A stretch of DNA of 51,128 nt, from positions 1-51,128 of the IMG/VR virus record IMGVR_UViG_3300012232_000017; one strand, 5' to 3'. A program made the position numbers and the translations under genes. The notes beneath the pieces were generated by a model that ran no database searches, was not told the origin of the DNA, and saw nothing but the letters and a program-made list of their open reading frames with translations. Source of the DNA: a virus (lineage: Duplodnaviria > Caudoviricetes). Shown piece after piece: positions 1 through 9,319 of the stretch (position 1 is the stretch's first letter; every line of letters starts with the position of its first letter).

Positions 1-172
1 CCTCTAATACAGTTAGAGAGCCCATTCTAATGACACTTCGGAAAGGCATTTTAGGTAAAGCACGTCTAAGACCTGCATGAGTAGGATGTCTACTTCTAAT
101 CATTGGAACAAATCTACCTTTGGCAAGCAATGCTGCCACATCTGGTTGTTTTGATTTTATAGCTATTCTCAT
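1..172 (-). CDS. Partial ORF running off the window edge; N-terminus resembles the ATP-grasp-type ligases of Bacteroidetes phages
   Basis: Manual translation gives MRIAIKSKQPDVAALLAKGRFVPMIRSRHPTHAGLRRALPKMPFRSVIRMGSLTVLE. The RSRHPxH...PFRSVxRxGS pattern is recalled from phage ATP-grasp proteins, and a GGCT gene is adjacent. The catalytic domain is not in the window. Confidence 0.4.
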   Translation of the reverse strand, partial: MRIAIKSKQPDVAALLAKGRFVPMIRSRHPTHAGLRRALPKMPFRSVIRMGSLTVLE

Positions 173-174
173 AA

Positions 175-618
175 TTATTCCATTCCCCAACGGGAATCTT
201 CGTTATCGTTAAGATCTAATATTCTTTGTCTAAGACTCTTTCTGTACTTAAACCAATCTCCTGTTTCGATTTTAGGCTTGCTAACTAATGCTTTACTATA
301 TTCATAAATAAAGCACGGACCATAAGGAGTATCAATTTCTATTCTATTAAAGATATTTTGATGAGGTGCAAATGGATTTGTACCTTCATAGAAGTCAGTT
401 GTTTTTAGAATTTCATCTGTTACTTCAAATATTTCTAATAAAATAGAAGTTGAACCCTCACATCTCAATCCTGGATACTCACTAGATAAATGATATAAAT
501 CATAATCTGGTTCTGTATAGTACGTACCTAAGTACGTTGCTCCAGACATATATGTATAATTTGCTTCGCCACCACGACGCAAATGATCATACACACCTAA
601 TAAGAATTTTTGTTCCAT
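175..618 (-). CDS. Gamma-glutamylcyclotransferase (GGCT/AIG2-like) family protein, divergent copy
   Basis: Motifs VYDHLRRG (variant of VYGTLxxG), YPGL, EIFEV, DFYEG and C-terminal IETGDW. Confidence 0.8.
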   Translation of the reverse strand: MEQKFLLGVYDHLRRGGEANYTYMSGATYLGTYYTEPDYDLYHLSSEYPGLRCEGSTSILLEIFEVTDEILKTTDFYEGTNPFAPHQNIFNRIEIDTPYGPCFIYEYSKALVSKPKIETGDWFKYRKSLRQRILDLNDNEDSRWGME

Positions 619-619
619 C

Positions 620-1654
620 TTAAAAAGGTACTGAGATTAATTCTTCCAAATATTCCTTAGCAAACTTATAACCATGGTTTTTAACTAAATCACTAAAATC
701 TTTAGATTTATATTTATCTTCGATTTCTTTCTGACATATATCAAATTGGTTAGATAATTTTTTACCAAACTCTCGTCCCCAATTAATACTTTTATCATAA
801 TCGTTATCATATAACACAAATACATTATCAAATCTTTCGATTAGTTCATCCATTACTTGATGTTTAGGATATACAGTTTCAGAGTTTAAACTGACTGCAG
901 GAATCCCTGTAACAGCAACTATAGACATAACATCTTTTAGCGATTTTGTAATAATAAGATCACTTCCTTTTTCAGGTAGTTGTGACCAACCTTGCCATAC
1001 ACTTTCATCATGGTTATTAAGCCATTTAAATTGTGTACTGTTTGGTTGATATATCTTAAAGGTATGTTTGCCATCTTTCATTTCATTATAGCAATAAGTA
1101 TGAAAATCAGTTTTGACAATAACCTTGTTGATACCTACATGAAGGTAGCTTATTGGATTTACATTATATCTATCTAAGATAGGCTTAGTAATTCCAAATT
1201 GATTCCAGAATGAATAATCTCTTATATCCCATGATCTACTTGTTTTACCTATATAAGACGAATTCACTGTTTTAATGAAGTCTTCTCTATTAGGATCACT
1301 AGGAGCAGCAAGTATATTTGTTCTAAATGTGTTTTTAATAATGAATTCATCATCAAGATTAGCATCTAAAGCAATTTTACTTAAAGCTTCGAAAAAGCTT
1401 AAACCAAATTTCAACATAACGAATTTAATACAATCACCTGAACCAAGAATAAAATCTTTAAAGCATAATTCTCCACTTTCTCCAATGAAAAATCCAAATG
1501 ATGGATTATCATCTTTACGAAGAGGAGATTTCATATTACCTTTAATAGGCATATTAGCAGATCCTATATACATCTTATAAATGTCGTAATCTGTTAAATG
1601 CTTCAATAATTCTTGTTTTGATACAAAAGTTTTGTTTAAATTTATCACTGTCAT
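620..1654 (-). CDS. DNA primase (crAss-like, TOPRIM)
   Basis: N-terminal SPLRKDDNPSF...FKDF...GDCIKFV domain; TOPRIM-like IITKSLKDVM, LYDND and KDFSD motifs. Confidence 0.85.
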   Translation of the reverse strand: MTVINLNKTFVSKQELLKHLTDYDIYKMYIGSANMPIKGNMKSPLRKDDNPSFGFFIGESGELCFKDFILGSGDCIKFVMLKFGLSFFEALSKIALDANLDDEFIIKNTFRTNILAAPSDPNREDFIKTVNSSYIGKTSRSWDIRDYSFWNQFGITKPILDRYNVNPISYLHVGINKVIVKTDFHTYCYNEMKDGKHTFKIYQPNSTQFKWLNNHDESVWQGWSQLPEKGSDLIITKSLKDVMSIVAVTGIPAVSLNSETVYPKHQVMDELIERFDNVFVLYDNDYDKSINWGREFGKKLSNQFDICQKEIEDKYKSKDFSDLVKNHGYKFAKEYLEELISVPF

Positions 1655-1669
1655 GTTTTAATTAATTAA

Positions 1670-1687
1670 AGGGGCATTTCTGCCCCT
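1670..1687 (-). terminator. Probable intrinsic terminator or hairpin after 1695..2291
   Basis: AGGGGCA-TTTC-TGCCCCT 7-bp stem followed by a T/A-rich tail on the minus strand. Confidence 0.55.
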
Positions 1688-1694
1688 ATTAATA

Positions 1695-2291
1695 TTATGA
1701 CCAATTAGCAATTCCAGAGGTTGAACCCTCAACTGCTTTTGATTCTACTGCCGGAGCATCTTCAACAATTCTGTCAAACAAATCATCATACTCAGGTTTA
1801 GCTGGATTTCTAGAAACTTTTAATTTAGTTGGAACAGAACCTGCCGCTTCAACGAAATTAAAGTTTTTATATATACCCAAGAATTTCTTAGGTTGTCCAA
1901 CAGTACCATAAGTAGCCATTACGTTTACTAATTTACCTGCGCAATTTTCAGAGATAATTTTCATACATCCATCAACAAGTTCCTTATAGGAAACAAATGA
2001 TGGAAAAGAGAATGTATCTCCTGTCACTGCTTTAACTAAATCAGCACATTTTTGAGCCAATATTTTGTTTTGAGAATCTGTAGATGTCTCATTTGGGTAA
2101 TAAATACCTAAATTAATACTACCAATGTCGTCTGTAAAAATAACTCGATATTCTGGATTTTTATCCATAGGATCTAACTTATTAATCTTTTCTACACTAA
2201 CAGCAACGTTGTTAACTCTACCCGCAACACCATTGTTAAATATAGCCACTGGTTGGCTATTAAACTCACTTCCATTTAAGTCAATCATCAT
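1695..2291 (-). CDS. Conserved replication-module protein, possibly single-stranded DNA-binding protein
   Basis: Lies between a Sak4-like ATPase and primase; beta-rich N-terminus and a flexible acidic tail ending near Trp. The SSB call is inferred from context. Confidence 0.4.
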   Translation of the reverse strand: MMIDLNGSEFNSQPVAIFNNGVAGRVNNVAVSVEKINKLDPMDKNPEYRVIFTDDIGSINLGIYYPNETSTDSQNKILAQKCADLVKAVTGDTFSFPSFVSYKELVDGCMKIISENCAGKLVNVMATYGTVGQPKKFLGIYKNFNFVEAAGSVPTKLKVSRNPAKPEYDDLFDRIVEDAPAVESKAVEGSTSGIANWS

Positions 2292-2421
2292 CTTTTCATT
2301 TAAGGTTATTGAGCTTTTAGAATGCCCCCAGAGCTCTAACTGTGCTAACCTACGATTTAGAGGGTTTCATTGCTAAGCAAGAGGATTTACCCTGCCTTCG
2401 ATTCCTGGCCTCAGACTTATC

Positions 2422-3186
2422 TTATATGAAAATCTGATCCCAATGGGATACAAATTCTCCTGCCTCATTAGATTCTAATAAAACTATTTCTTTATTCTTC
2501 AAATGCTCACTTCTTGCACCTACAATCAAAGATTCTGCTGACTGAAAGTTAGCTATCGTTTGATTATCCTTACGATACAAATAAGCAATTGCATCTGATT
2601 TTGAACAAATTATACCTGGTGTTTTACCTGCTAAATCAAGGCCTCGTTGATTCATTTCTTTACCATTGAATTCTACTAGCTTGTCTTTGGTATGCCCAGA
2701 TATAATGAGAGTTTCACATAGAGCTTCTAACTCTGCTATAATCAATAGGATAGCATTACGTAAATATTGCCATCCTGCACCTTGAGGTAAATCCAAGATA
2801 TTCGAACCTTGATAATTACGCCCTATTGCTGTATTTTTATACAACATTAAAGCAAGATCTGGAGCATAAAAATCCTCCAATGCTGATATTGTATCTATAG
2901 TGATATACTTATAAACGCAATCGCCTTTAACGACATTTGCTTTTTTTATTTCTTCGATAATAGACTTTAATGCCATAATAGGCTTGGTCTCATTTTTCTT
3001 AGCAACATTTAGTACGTTTATAACTAGACCAGATACATAACCTGCACCATCTTCTAAATCAAGAATAAGATTATTCTCTAATCTACTCAAAGCTTCTGTT
3101 TTGCCCGTTTTGGGCTGACTGAACAATATAAGCTTTTTAGGGTTTACTTGTACAGGTTCTTGTTTTTTAAGCGGTAATTCAATCAT
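2422..3186 (-). CDS. AAA_24 / Sak4-like P-loop ATPase (recombination or annealing)
   Basis: Walker A FSQPKTGKT, LILDLEDG, Walker B ITIDTIS and IISGHTKD. Confidence 0.8.
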   Translation of the reverse strand: MIELPLKKQEPVQVNPKKLILFSQPKTGKTEALSRLENNLILDLEDGAGYVSGLVINVLNVAKKNETKPIMALKSIIEEIKKANVVKGDCVYKYITIDTISALEDFYAPDLALMLYKNTAIGRNYQGSNILDLPQGAGWQYLRNAILLIIAELEALCETLIISGHTKDKLVEFNGKEMNQRGLDLAGKTPGIICSKSDAIAYLYRKDNQTIANFQSAESLIVGARSEHLKNKEIVLLESNEAGEFVSHWDQIFI

Positions 3187-3217
3187 CCATCATCATTCCG
3201 TCCCATACCGACCACAT

Positions 3218-3721
3218 TTAGGTTAATAAATCAGCTACTCTCATAGGTTCCAAATTAGAATTTAAATCACGAAGATCATAATTCTGTATTGGCGCAGCAT
3301 ATTTAGAAACTGTTAAACCTTTAAAGTTATACTTTCTAATATGCGAACAATAAGATAAAGCCTGTCTATATCCATTCTCATCAAGAGTATCTTGCTTCTC
3401 TTTTAGAAATTGGAAAATATCCTTTAATGTTAAGTCAGGGAAATATCTTTTACACAACTTAATAAAATCATCAATGCTACGATGACGCCTAGTTTCGCAA
3501 TGAAGTTTCCCTCTTACGAAATACGTAGGTTCTTGTCCATCTCTACTACCATATTGTGTCATAAACAAATTCTTGTATATATCATCAATGGATTCAATTT
3601 GAACTTCATCTGCAAATTTAATCTTTCTTACTTTAGCATAATATTCCTCTAATGACGCAATATCCCTTACATCTGCCTTCTTCATTACCTTACTTTTTAA
3701 ATTATTCTGTAAAAAATTCAT
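3218..3721 (-). CDS. Hypothetical protein, paralog family member 1 (likely start 3685)
   Basis: TYF...HCETRRHRSIDDF...YFPD...YCSHIRK motif shared with four other ORFs. Confidence 0.7.
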   Translation of the reverse strand: MNFLQNNLKSKVMKKADVRDIASLEEYYAKVRKIKFADEVQIESIDDIYKNLFMTQYGSRDGQEPTYFVRGKLHCETRRHRSIDDFIKLCKRYFPDLTLKDIFQFLKEKQDTLDENGYRQALSYCSHIRKYNFKGLTVSKYAAPIQNYDLRDLNSNLEPMRVADLLT

Positions 3722-4253
3722 TAACAGAAGTCCAATGAGTATGTGCTATATACTCTCTTTTACTTCTGATTCTAGTACTGGATGGCCTCCAAGAGTGACC
3801 TTGTGCAAAATACTGATCAGCTGTAAGTATGCCTTTATAAAAATAACAAAATTTCTTAAGTTTATCTCTATAAGGACACGGCTCATCTCTCAATTTTTTA
3901 AATAAAAGATTTGGTGTATCAATATTGTCTTGACCTCCTAAGCATTCCCATAGAAGTCTAACTACTGACATTACAACTGCGTCCTTAATTCGATTTCCTT
4001 GAGATTTGAATTCGAAATATTGGTCATTAAAAGACCCTTCAATTCCAAACATATCAATGACGTATTGCAGAAACCATTCTTTATATTCTATAGTTGGTTT
4101 ACAATCTATATCAAATATTCTGATAGTATCATACGCGCGATCAAAACGACTCATAAATTCTGAATAGCATGCAGTTTTATGATTGTTGAGAACAACAACA
4201 TTGTTATGTAAGATGGTATATGAAGTATCTCCCCATCTTAATCTTTCTTTCAT
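3702..4253 (-). CDS. Hypothetical protein
   Basis: 183-aa ORF overlapping the end of the helicase gene in the operon; no recognisable motif. Confidence 0.7.
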   Translation of the reverse strand: MKERLRWGDTSYTILHNNVVVLNNHKTACYSEFMSRFDRAYDTIRIFDIDCKPTIEYKEWFLQYVIDMFGIEGSFNDQYFEFKSQGNRIKDAVVMSVVRLLWECLGGQDNIDTPNLLFKKLRDEPCPYRDKLKKFCYFYKGILTADQYFAQGHSWRPSSTRIRSKREYIAHTHWTSVNEFFTE

Positions 4254-5356
4254 TTTTTTATCGTTTTTAAAAAATCATACACCTTTTTTATCTGTTCTCT
4301 TTCGTCAGGTCTAGGCAATTCTTTAAAATAATTAGCTGCACCATCGAAATACAATGGACATATAGTACCAGCTCCTCCATCTCGACTACCCATTATCTCT
4401 AGAAATCTGATATTATCCTTAAATTGGGTTATATCATATCCATAATAATCAGGTATTTCATGTCTAAATGGACTAAATAGTCCTAACATCACATTTGCAT
4501 CTCGACCAGTTAGCTTATTGTCACCTAATCCATCCATTGATGGCTTTAGCTTATTAGCCTTCTTGTTCTCAATCCCTTCTTGAGCAGCTGCTTGTTGTTG
4601 AATTACAACAGGTATATAATTAAATCTATTTCTAAGTTTAATTAAATAATCTGAGGATAACAATGATATACTTTCATGCAAAGAAAGCTGTAAGCCATTT
4701 CTTTTTTCTGGCGATATTAGACTTATGTGATCAATCATAATCATTACATACTCATCCGGATCATTTGGTTCATAATAATCCTCTACTTCTGTAACTTTCC
4801 CATCTATCTCTATCTTTCTTTTATGAATTGTGCCATTAGCAAGAGCATATTCTCTTACTAAATTGTACATTCCAAAGCCATGACGTATATCGTCAACAAA
4901 TTCAACAATTTCTTCTATCTTTTTGAAATAAGGTCGATACTTGACCAGTATCTCCAATACTTCTTCAGATAAAACCTTAGTTGCTCTAGTAGACTTTAAA
5001 TCAGTAGGATTAATTCTAATGCCTTCCTTAACATATAATATATTTGCAAAACAAGATAGCATTTTTTCTTCTTTAGACATTTCTAAAGTAAAATAAAAGA
5101 TTTTTAATCTAATATTTAAACCATTATCAATTATCTGCTGAATAACATTATAGAGAAATAACCAATCAGCAATTTGTGTCTTACCGACTTTCTGATTAGC
5201 CGAGACAAGATAATATTTACCTTGCTCGATTCCTGGACTTGATTCCTCAAATCTGGGCAATCCCCACGGAATGCAATTTACTTTCCCATCTAATATGCGT
5301 TCTCTACGCTTTACAATTCTATTATACGTTCTGTCAAATAAACTTGTTTTCTCCAA
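4250..5356 (-). CDS. dnaB: Replicative DnaB-like (SF4) helicase
   Basis: IPWGLPRFE, Walker A SANQKVGKT, YFTLEM, Walker B IMIDH, VIQQQ, RDANVMLGLF and SRDG motifs; TTG start. Confidence 0.85.
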   Translation of the reverse strand: MEKTSLFDRTYNRIVKRRERILDGKVNCIPWGLPRFEESSPGIEQGKYYLVSANQKVGKTQIADWLFLYNVIQQIIDNGLNIRLKIFYFTLEMSKEEKMLSCFANILYVKEGIRINPTDLKSTRATKVLSEEVLEILVKYRPYFKKIEEIVEFVDDIRHGFGMYNLVREYALANGTIHKRKIEIDGKVTEVEDYYEPNDPDEYVMIMIDHISLISPEKRNGLQLSLHESISLLSSDYLIKLRNRFNYIPVVIQQQAAAQEGIENKKANKLKPSMDGLGDNKLTGRDANVMLGLFSPFRHEIPDYYGYDITQFKDNIRFLEIMGSRDGGAGTICPLYFDGAANYFKELPRPDEREQIKKVYDFLKTIKK

Positions 5357-5426
5357 TTAAATAATTAAATTTAACTGTAAGCATTATTTTGACAATGTGT
5401 TTAACTGTTTTTCGCGGGTCTAAGCC

Positions 5427-5849
5427 TTACAGTTTGTTAATAATAGTTTCGTAGTCCTTTAATGACATACCATCTACACCTTTAGCATCATAATAGTTAC
5501 TTTTACTATAACTAGTTATATATTCTTTAGGCACATTAGGCTGATATTTAACGACTACTTTATTGATTACTGTACACCAAATGAGAGCAACACATTTCTC
5601 TTCATCTATAATCTCTTTTATGATTTTCATTAAAGATTGAAGTGAAGTATATTTGAAACGTGACTTTACTATTAGGTGTAACTCACTGACACTTCTAAAA
5701 GCATCTTTTCTAGCACATTGTACTTTCGTACACTCTGGATTGCTATATGTTATAACTCCTTTAGAAGTTAAGATCTTCTTAATGAAACACTTACGAGTTT
5801 TAGTCATAGGTATTTCAGTAAGTTTAACATAGATCAGATTGTTTGTCAT
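5427..5849 (-). CDS. Hypothetical protein, paralog family member 2
   Basis: TYSNPECTKVQCARKDAFRSVSEL...WCTVINK. Confidence 0.7.
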   Translation of the reverse strand: MTNNLIYVKLTEIPMTKTRKCFIKKILTSKGVITYSNPECTKVQCARKDAFRSVSELHLIVKSRFKYTSLQSLMKIIKEIIDEEKCVALIWCTVINKVVVKYQPNVPKEYITSYSKSNYYDAKGVDGMSLKDYETIINKL

Positions 5850-5858
5850 TGTTTTTAA

Positions 5859-6437
5859 TTAGGATAATTGTGTAGTCCAATCTGTTACAGGTCTATCACC
5901 TACTTCTTCAATAAATGCACTTAATTGTGAGGATTCTCCATATTTATCTTTTTTGAAAATAAAATAATCTGCTCTTTGTAGATAAATGTTATTATCTAGA
6001 GAATCTAAATAGAGTCTCGCAGCTTTCATTATGTCTTCTTTAGAATATTGTGGATTTTCTTGCATCCAACGATACATTTTCTCTCTACAACTAATTTCAG
6101 AACCCATACTTCCAGGCTTTTTACCTCTCCATAAATTCCTATAAGGAACAATGAATGTATTAAGTTCATTATCTATTAATCTAGATGATTTTTTAATAAC
6201 TTTCTTATTACCAGAGCTGATGTTATCTATTGAAATTAAGTCAATAAACAGCTTTCCTTTTTCTCTTAGTATTATTTCTTTATCTTCTGTTATTTTAACG
6301 AACTGCTTATCTTGCAACGATATATACTGAGCGGGATATGTTTTACCCATTGCAGTATATATCAAAACAAGGTATTCTTCAATAGATAATTTTTGCTCTT
6401 TTAATAGATTAAAATCTAAAATAAAAGCTCCATCCAT
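5859..6437 (-). CDS. Conserved phage protein near the helicase (possible wHTH replication initiator or loader)
   Basis: N-terminal wHTH-like pattern and C-terminal YLQRADYFIFK; function inferred from position. Confidence 0.45.
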   Translation of the reverse strand: MDGAFILDFNLLKEQKLSIEEYLVLIYTAMGKTYPAQYISLQDKQFVKITEDKEIILREKGKLFIDLISIDNISSGNKKVIKKSSRLIDNELNTFIVPYRNLWRGKKPGSMGSEISCREKMYRWMQENPQYSKEDIMKAARLYLDSLDNNIYLQRADYFIFKKDKYGESSQLSAFIEEVGDRPVTDWTTQLS

Positions 6438-6539
6438 TAATCGTCTTTTTCACAACATTTGTGATAAATAATAGCACAGAACATAAGGAAAAATATAACT
6501 CCCATAATAGCAAAACCCATTTGAGTTTCTGAAGCATTT

Positions 6540-6953
6540 TTACACCATTCTATCATAAACTACCCTTTCATTTCTTTTTACCCAGTCTCCACTTTCAACT
6601 AAATCACGATCAGTAGTATCTCTAACATAAATATATATGCCAGCTGTACCCCAAGGAGTTTCAATTGATTGTTTGTCATAGAAATGAGGTTCTCTACCTG
6701 CTTCATAACCTTCAAGGTTATCCACATGTTCAGCTTCCTCATCATTCACTAAATACACTTCTAAAAATATAGATGTATTACCATTGTTCTTTAACCCAGG
6801 AAATCCTCCCAAATTAAACATACTGTAGACTGGCTCGCTATTAAACGAACCTTGGAAATCAGCATCAGCTAGGTGATACCTAAAATTTCCACATCCCTGT
6901 CTAAGGGTTCCATAAACTGCAATTAAGTTCTTCCGCTCATTCTTCATCATCAA
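6540..6953 (-). CDS. Gamma-glutamylcyclotransferase (GGCT/AIG2-like), canonical copy
   Basis: IAVYGTLRQGCGN, LGGFPGL, LEVY, VDNLEGY (catalytic Glu) and VESGDW. Confidence 0.9.
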   Translation of the reverse strand: MMMKNERKNLIAVYGTLRQGCGNFRYHLADADFQGSFNSEPVYSMFNLGGFPGLKNNGNTSIFLEVYLVNDEEAEHVDNLEGYEAGREPHFYDKQSIETPWGTAGIYIYVRDTTDRDLVESGDWVKRNERVVYDRMV

Positions 6954-7119
6954 AATTTTCTTCTGTTATTGAGAATACATAATCATCAGCTATTTGGTCA
7001 GGAACAATGCCTTTACCTCTACATAAGCTGCAAATTCTGTACTCAAATCCTTTTGTTTCCTTTGGCTCCATAATTTGTTTGGAGCCGAAACATTTTGGGC
7101 AAGTGCAAATTTTACTCAT
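6937..7119 (-). CDS. Small DnaJ-type zinc-finger protein
   Basis: CPKCFGSK and CSLCRGKG, two CxxCxGxG-like repeats. Confidence 0.7.
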   Translation of the reverse strand: MSKICTCPKCFGSKQIMEPKETKGFEYRICSLCRGKGIVPDQIADDYVFSITEENFDDEE

Positions 7120-7825
7120 AATACTTCATCAATTGCTTGAAATTAATGCCGTTCACGAAATCTAATTCTCTATCTGTATAAATACCAGTATAGTTGTCTT
7201 TCAACTTAAATACATATTTATTAATATCACCACATTTTGATACACCTATAAATCCTTCATTGACAAAACCAATTAAAATCTTTAATACATCATTTAAAGT
7301 AACATCACTATAGTATCCTTTACAGATTAAATACAGATCATGAACAGTTCTTCTTCTACTTCTATCACAGATTAATTCATCAGTACATATACCATAAGTA
7401 TAGTATTTATTATTATATTCTGTAAAAAACTTTCTAAGAAACAATTCACAAGTTGTAGGAACGTGAACTAAAATTAAGGTTGGACTAGACCTTAAATCAT
7501 AAAAAACTTCTTTATTAAGCTTAGCTTCATAAATAAGTAACTCTTTCTTTATGTATTTATTTTTAAAATATGGAAGTTCTAATACCCACAAATAAAATGC
7601 ATATGGAGCATTTAGAATACACATTAAAATAAATACTGGCAATAAGAATACTGCCATTGCTGCGAGAAATACAAATACAACAGTGTTGGCTAAAATCATA
7701 ATTAATGCTAGGTGTTTTACTACCCACGTATCACTATTGCCTTCACTGTCTGAGAATACTAATCTTTTAATTTTGAATAATTCTTTATTATTCTTTTCTA
7801 GTAACCATTTTACAAAGTTTGCCAT
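7112..7825 (-). CDS. Membrane-anchored protein, paralog family member 3
   Basis: Hydrophobic stretch at about aa 38-82, then TYG...ICDRSRRRTVHDL...YYSD...KCGDINK. Confidence 0.7.
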   Translation of the reverse strand: MANFVKWLLEKNNKELFKIKRLVFSDSEGNSDTWVVKHLALIMILANTVVFVFLAAMAVFLLPVFILMCILNAPYAFYLWVLELPYFKNKYIKKELLIYEAKLNKEVFYDLRSSPTLILVHVPTTCELFLRKFFTEYNNKYYTYGICTDELICDRSRRRTVHDLYLICKGYYSDVTLNDVLKILIGFVNEGFIGVSKCGDINKYVFKLKDNYTGIYTDRELDFVNGINFKQLMKYYE

Positions 7826-7829
7826 GTTT

Positions 7830-8045
7830 TTAAAAGTTTTTAAATTCGTATTCTATTTCTTTAGATGATTTCTCATAATCTTCAAACCTATTAATATCCA
7901 AGTAGTCAGCTATTTGATGAATTGAACAAGACATTCCTAGCTTTTCTTCAATCTTTTTAGCGATATAAGCAGGATCAGATGTGTCATGTTCAAAGGATAT
8001 TAAATCAACAGCCATAGATAAATTCGAGCATAATTTTTTAGACAT
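7830..8045 (-). CDS. Hypothetical small protein (HTH-like)
   Basis: 71-aa ORF in the operon with the helical pattern PAYIAKKIEEKLGMSCSIHQIADYL. Confidence 0.55.
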   Translation of the reverse strand: MSKKLCSNLSMAVDLISFEHDTSDPAYIAKKIEEKLGMSCSIHQIADYLDINRFEDYEKSSKEIEYEFKNF

Positions 8046-8060
8046 ACGCTTTTTATTAAA

Positions 8061-8444
8061 TTACTTTTTAAAAATATAGTCTTTATAAGTCTCTTTTAAA
8101 TCCTTCAAGACTTTCGGATTACGTTTAGAAACCTTCACTAACTGTACTTTACAATCATGATACATAGTGACTGGAATATCATATTCTTCATCATCTATAA
8201 TAATCTTTCTGTGTCTCAGTTTTAGGAATTTTTCTAATAAGTCAGTAGGAACATCTTCAACTCGATCTTCTTCTATGAATTTCACAGTAGATATCCAATT
8301 ATTATCTTCTCTTCTGACACCTGATAGGTATAGATCTTTATTGTCGTATGATTTAAACAAAAAATTATCTGGTACCTCGTAAAATTTGTGATTAATCCTT
8401 ACCATTATGGACCCCGGACGTGCGCTCTTAACTTTTTCATTCAT
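8061..8444 (-). CDS. Hypothetical protein
   Basis: Translationally coupled (TAATG) to the Prs-like gene. Confidence 0.65.
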   Translation of the reverse strand: MNEKVKSARPGSIMVRINHKFYEVPDNFLFKSYDNKDLYLSGVRREDNNWISTVKFIEEDRVEDVPTDLLEKFLKLRHRKIIIDDEEYDIPVTMYHDCKVQLVKVSKRNPKVLKDLKETYKDYIFKK

Positions 8445-9319
8445 TAAAATACATTTAATTGTTTAATTTTAAACCATCTACAAACTTCTGGATCCATATC
8501 TCTATAACTATTTGTACAATAAATTGCTTCAAATAGCTCATGAAGATCCGCAACTACTTTACTAAATATACCATGTGTAACAATAAGATAAATTTTACTA
8601 TCATCAAATGATCTATCTTCTCTAATAGTTCTTGCAATATTAAGAAATGTTGCACCACCATCAAAAATATCATCTATAATAACAAAATCTTTACCTCTAT
8701 GTCTATCACGTAGTGGTACAGTAGTTTTAGATAATTCACCAGAAGTATTACGATCTTTACTACAAGTCATAATATCTCCAACAAAGCCCATAGAATCCGC
8801 CAGTTTGTAAACTTTTTTAGAAGCTCCCGCATCTGGTGAAACTAGAATAAATTCTTTATTATTAGATGCCTCTATTCTATCTTTCAAAAACTGATTAAAT
8901 AATTTCTTATTATCAAGTTTAATAAAATTATTCAAACAAGCCTCTAATACATCAGAATGTGGATCAAGCACCGTTACAGATGCAAAATCCTGAAGATTAA
9001 CTACAGGGCATACAACATCTTTAAGATAGTTATTAGAACCTACTTGAAATTGTCTATCTGACCTACTTCCTAAGAAATATGGTGCATATAAATGAATTTC
9101 TCTAAATCCTAAGCCTCTTAAAGATCTATTTGCACAAATAATTAATTCAAGATCTTGAAAACTATCAAGTCTAGCTTTAATAAAGATTGGAGTACTAGGC
9201 CCTCCTTCACTAAAGAAAGAATCTTGCAATATTCTTACCTGATGTTGTTTATCAGGAAAGTTAGATACCTCAAACTTTATGTCTGAGGTATCATTACTAG
9301 TTAAATTAAGCGTCAACAT
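8444..9319 (-). CDS. prs: PRPP-synthetase-like protein (candidate ADPR-PP synthetase, Adps, of NARP1)
   Basis: FPDKQHQV, PYFLGSRSDR, LDPHS, VSPDAGASKK, IIDDIFDGGATF and VTHGIFS motifs. Probable start is ATG at 9319 (MLTLNL) rather than 9355. Confidence 0.88.
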   Translation of the reverse strand: MLTLNLTSNDTSDIKFEVSNFPDKQHQVRILQDSFFSEGGPSTPIFIKARLDSFQDLELIICANRSLRGLGFREIHLYAPYFLGSRSDRQFQVGSNNYLKDVVCPVVNLQDFASVTVLDPHSDVLEACLNNFIKLDNKKLFNQFLKDRIEASNNKEFILVSPDAGASKKVYKLADSMGFVGDIMTCSKDRNTSGELSKTTVPLRDRHRGKDFVIIDDIFDGGATFLNIARTIREDRSFDDSKIYLIVTHGIFSKVVADLHELFEAIYCTNSYRDMDPEVCRWFKIKQLNVF

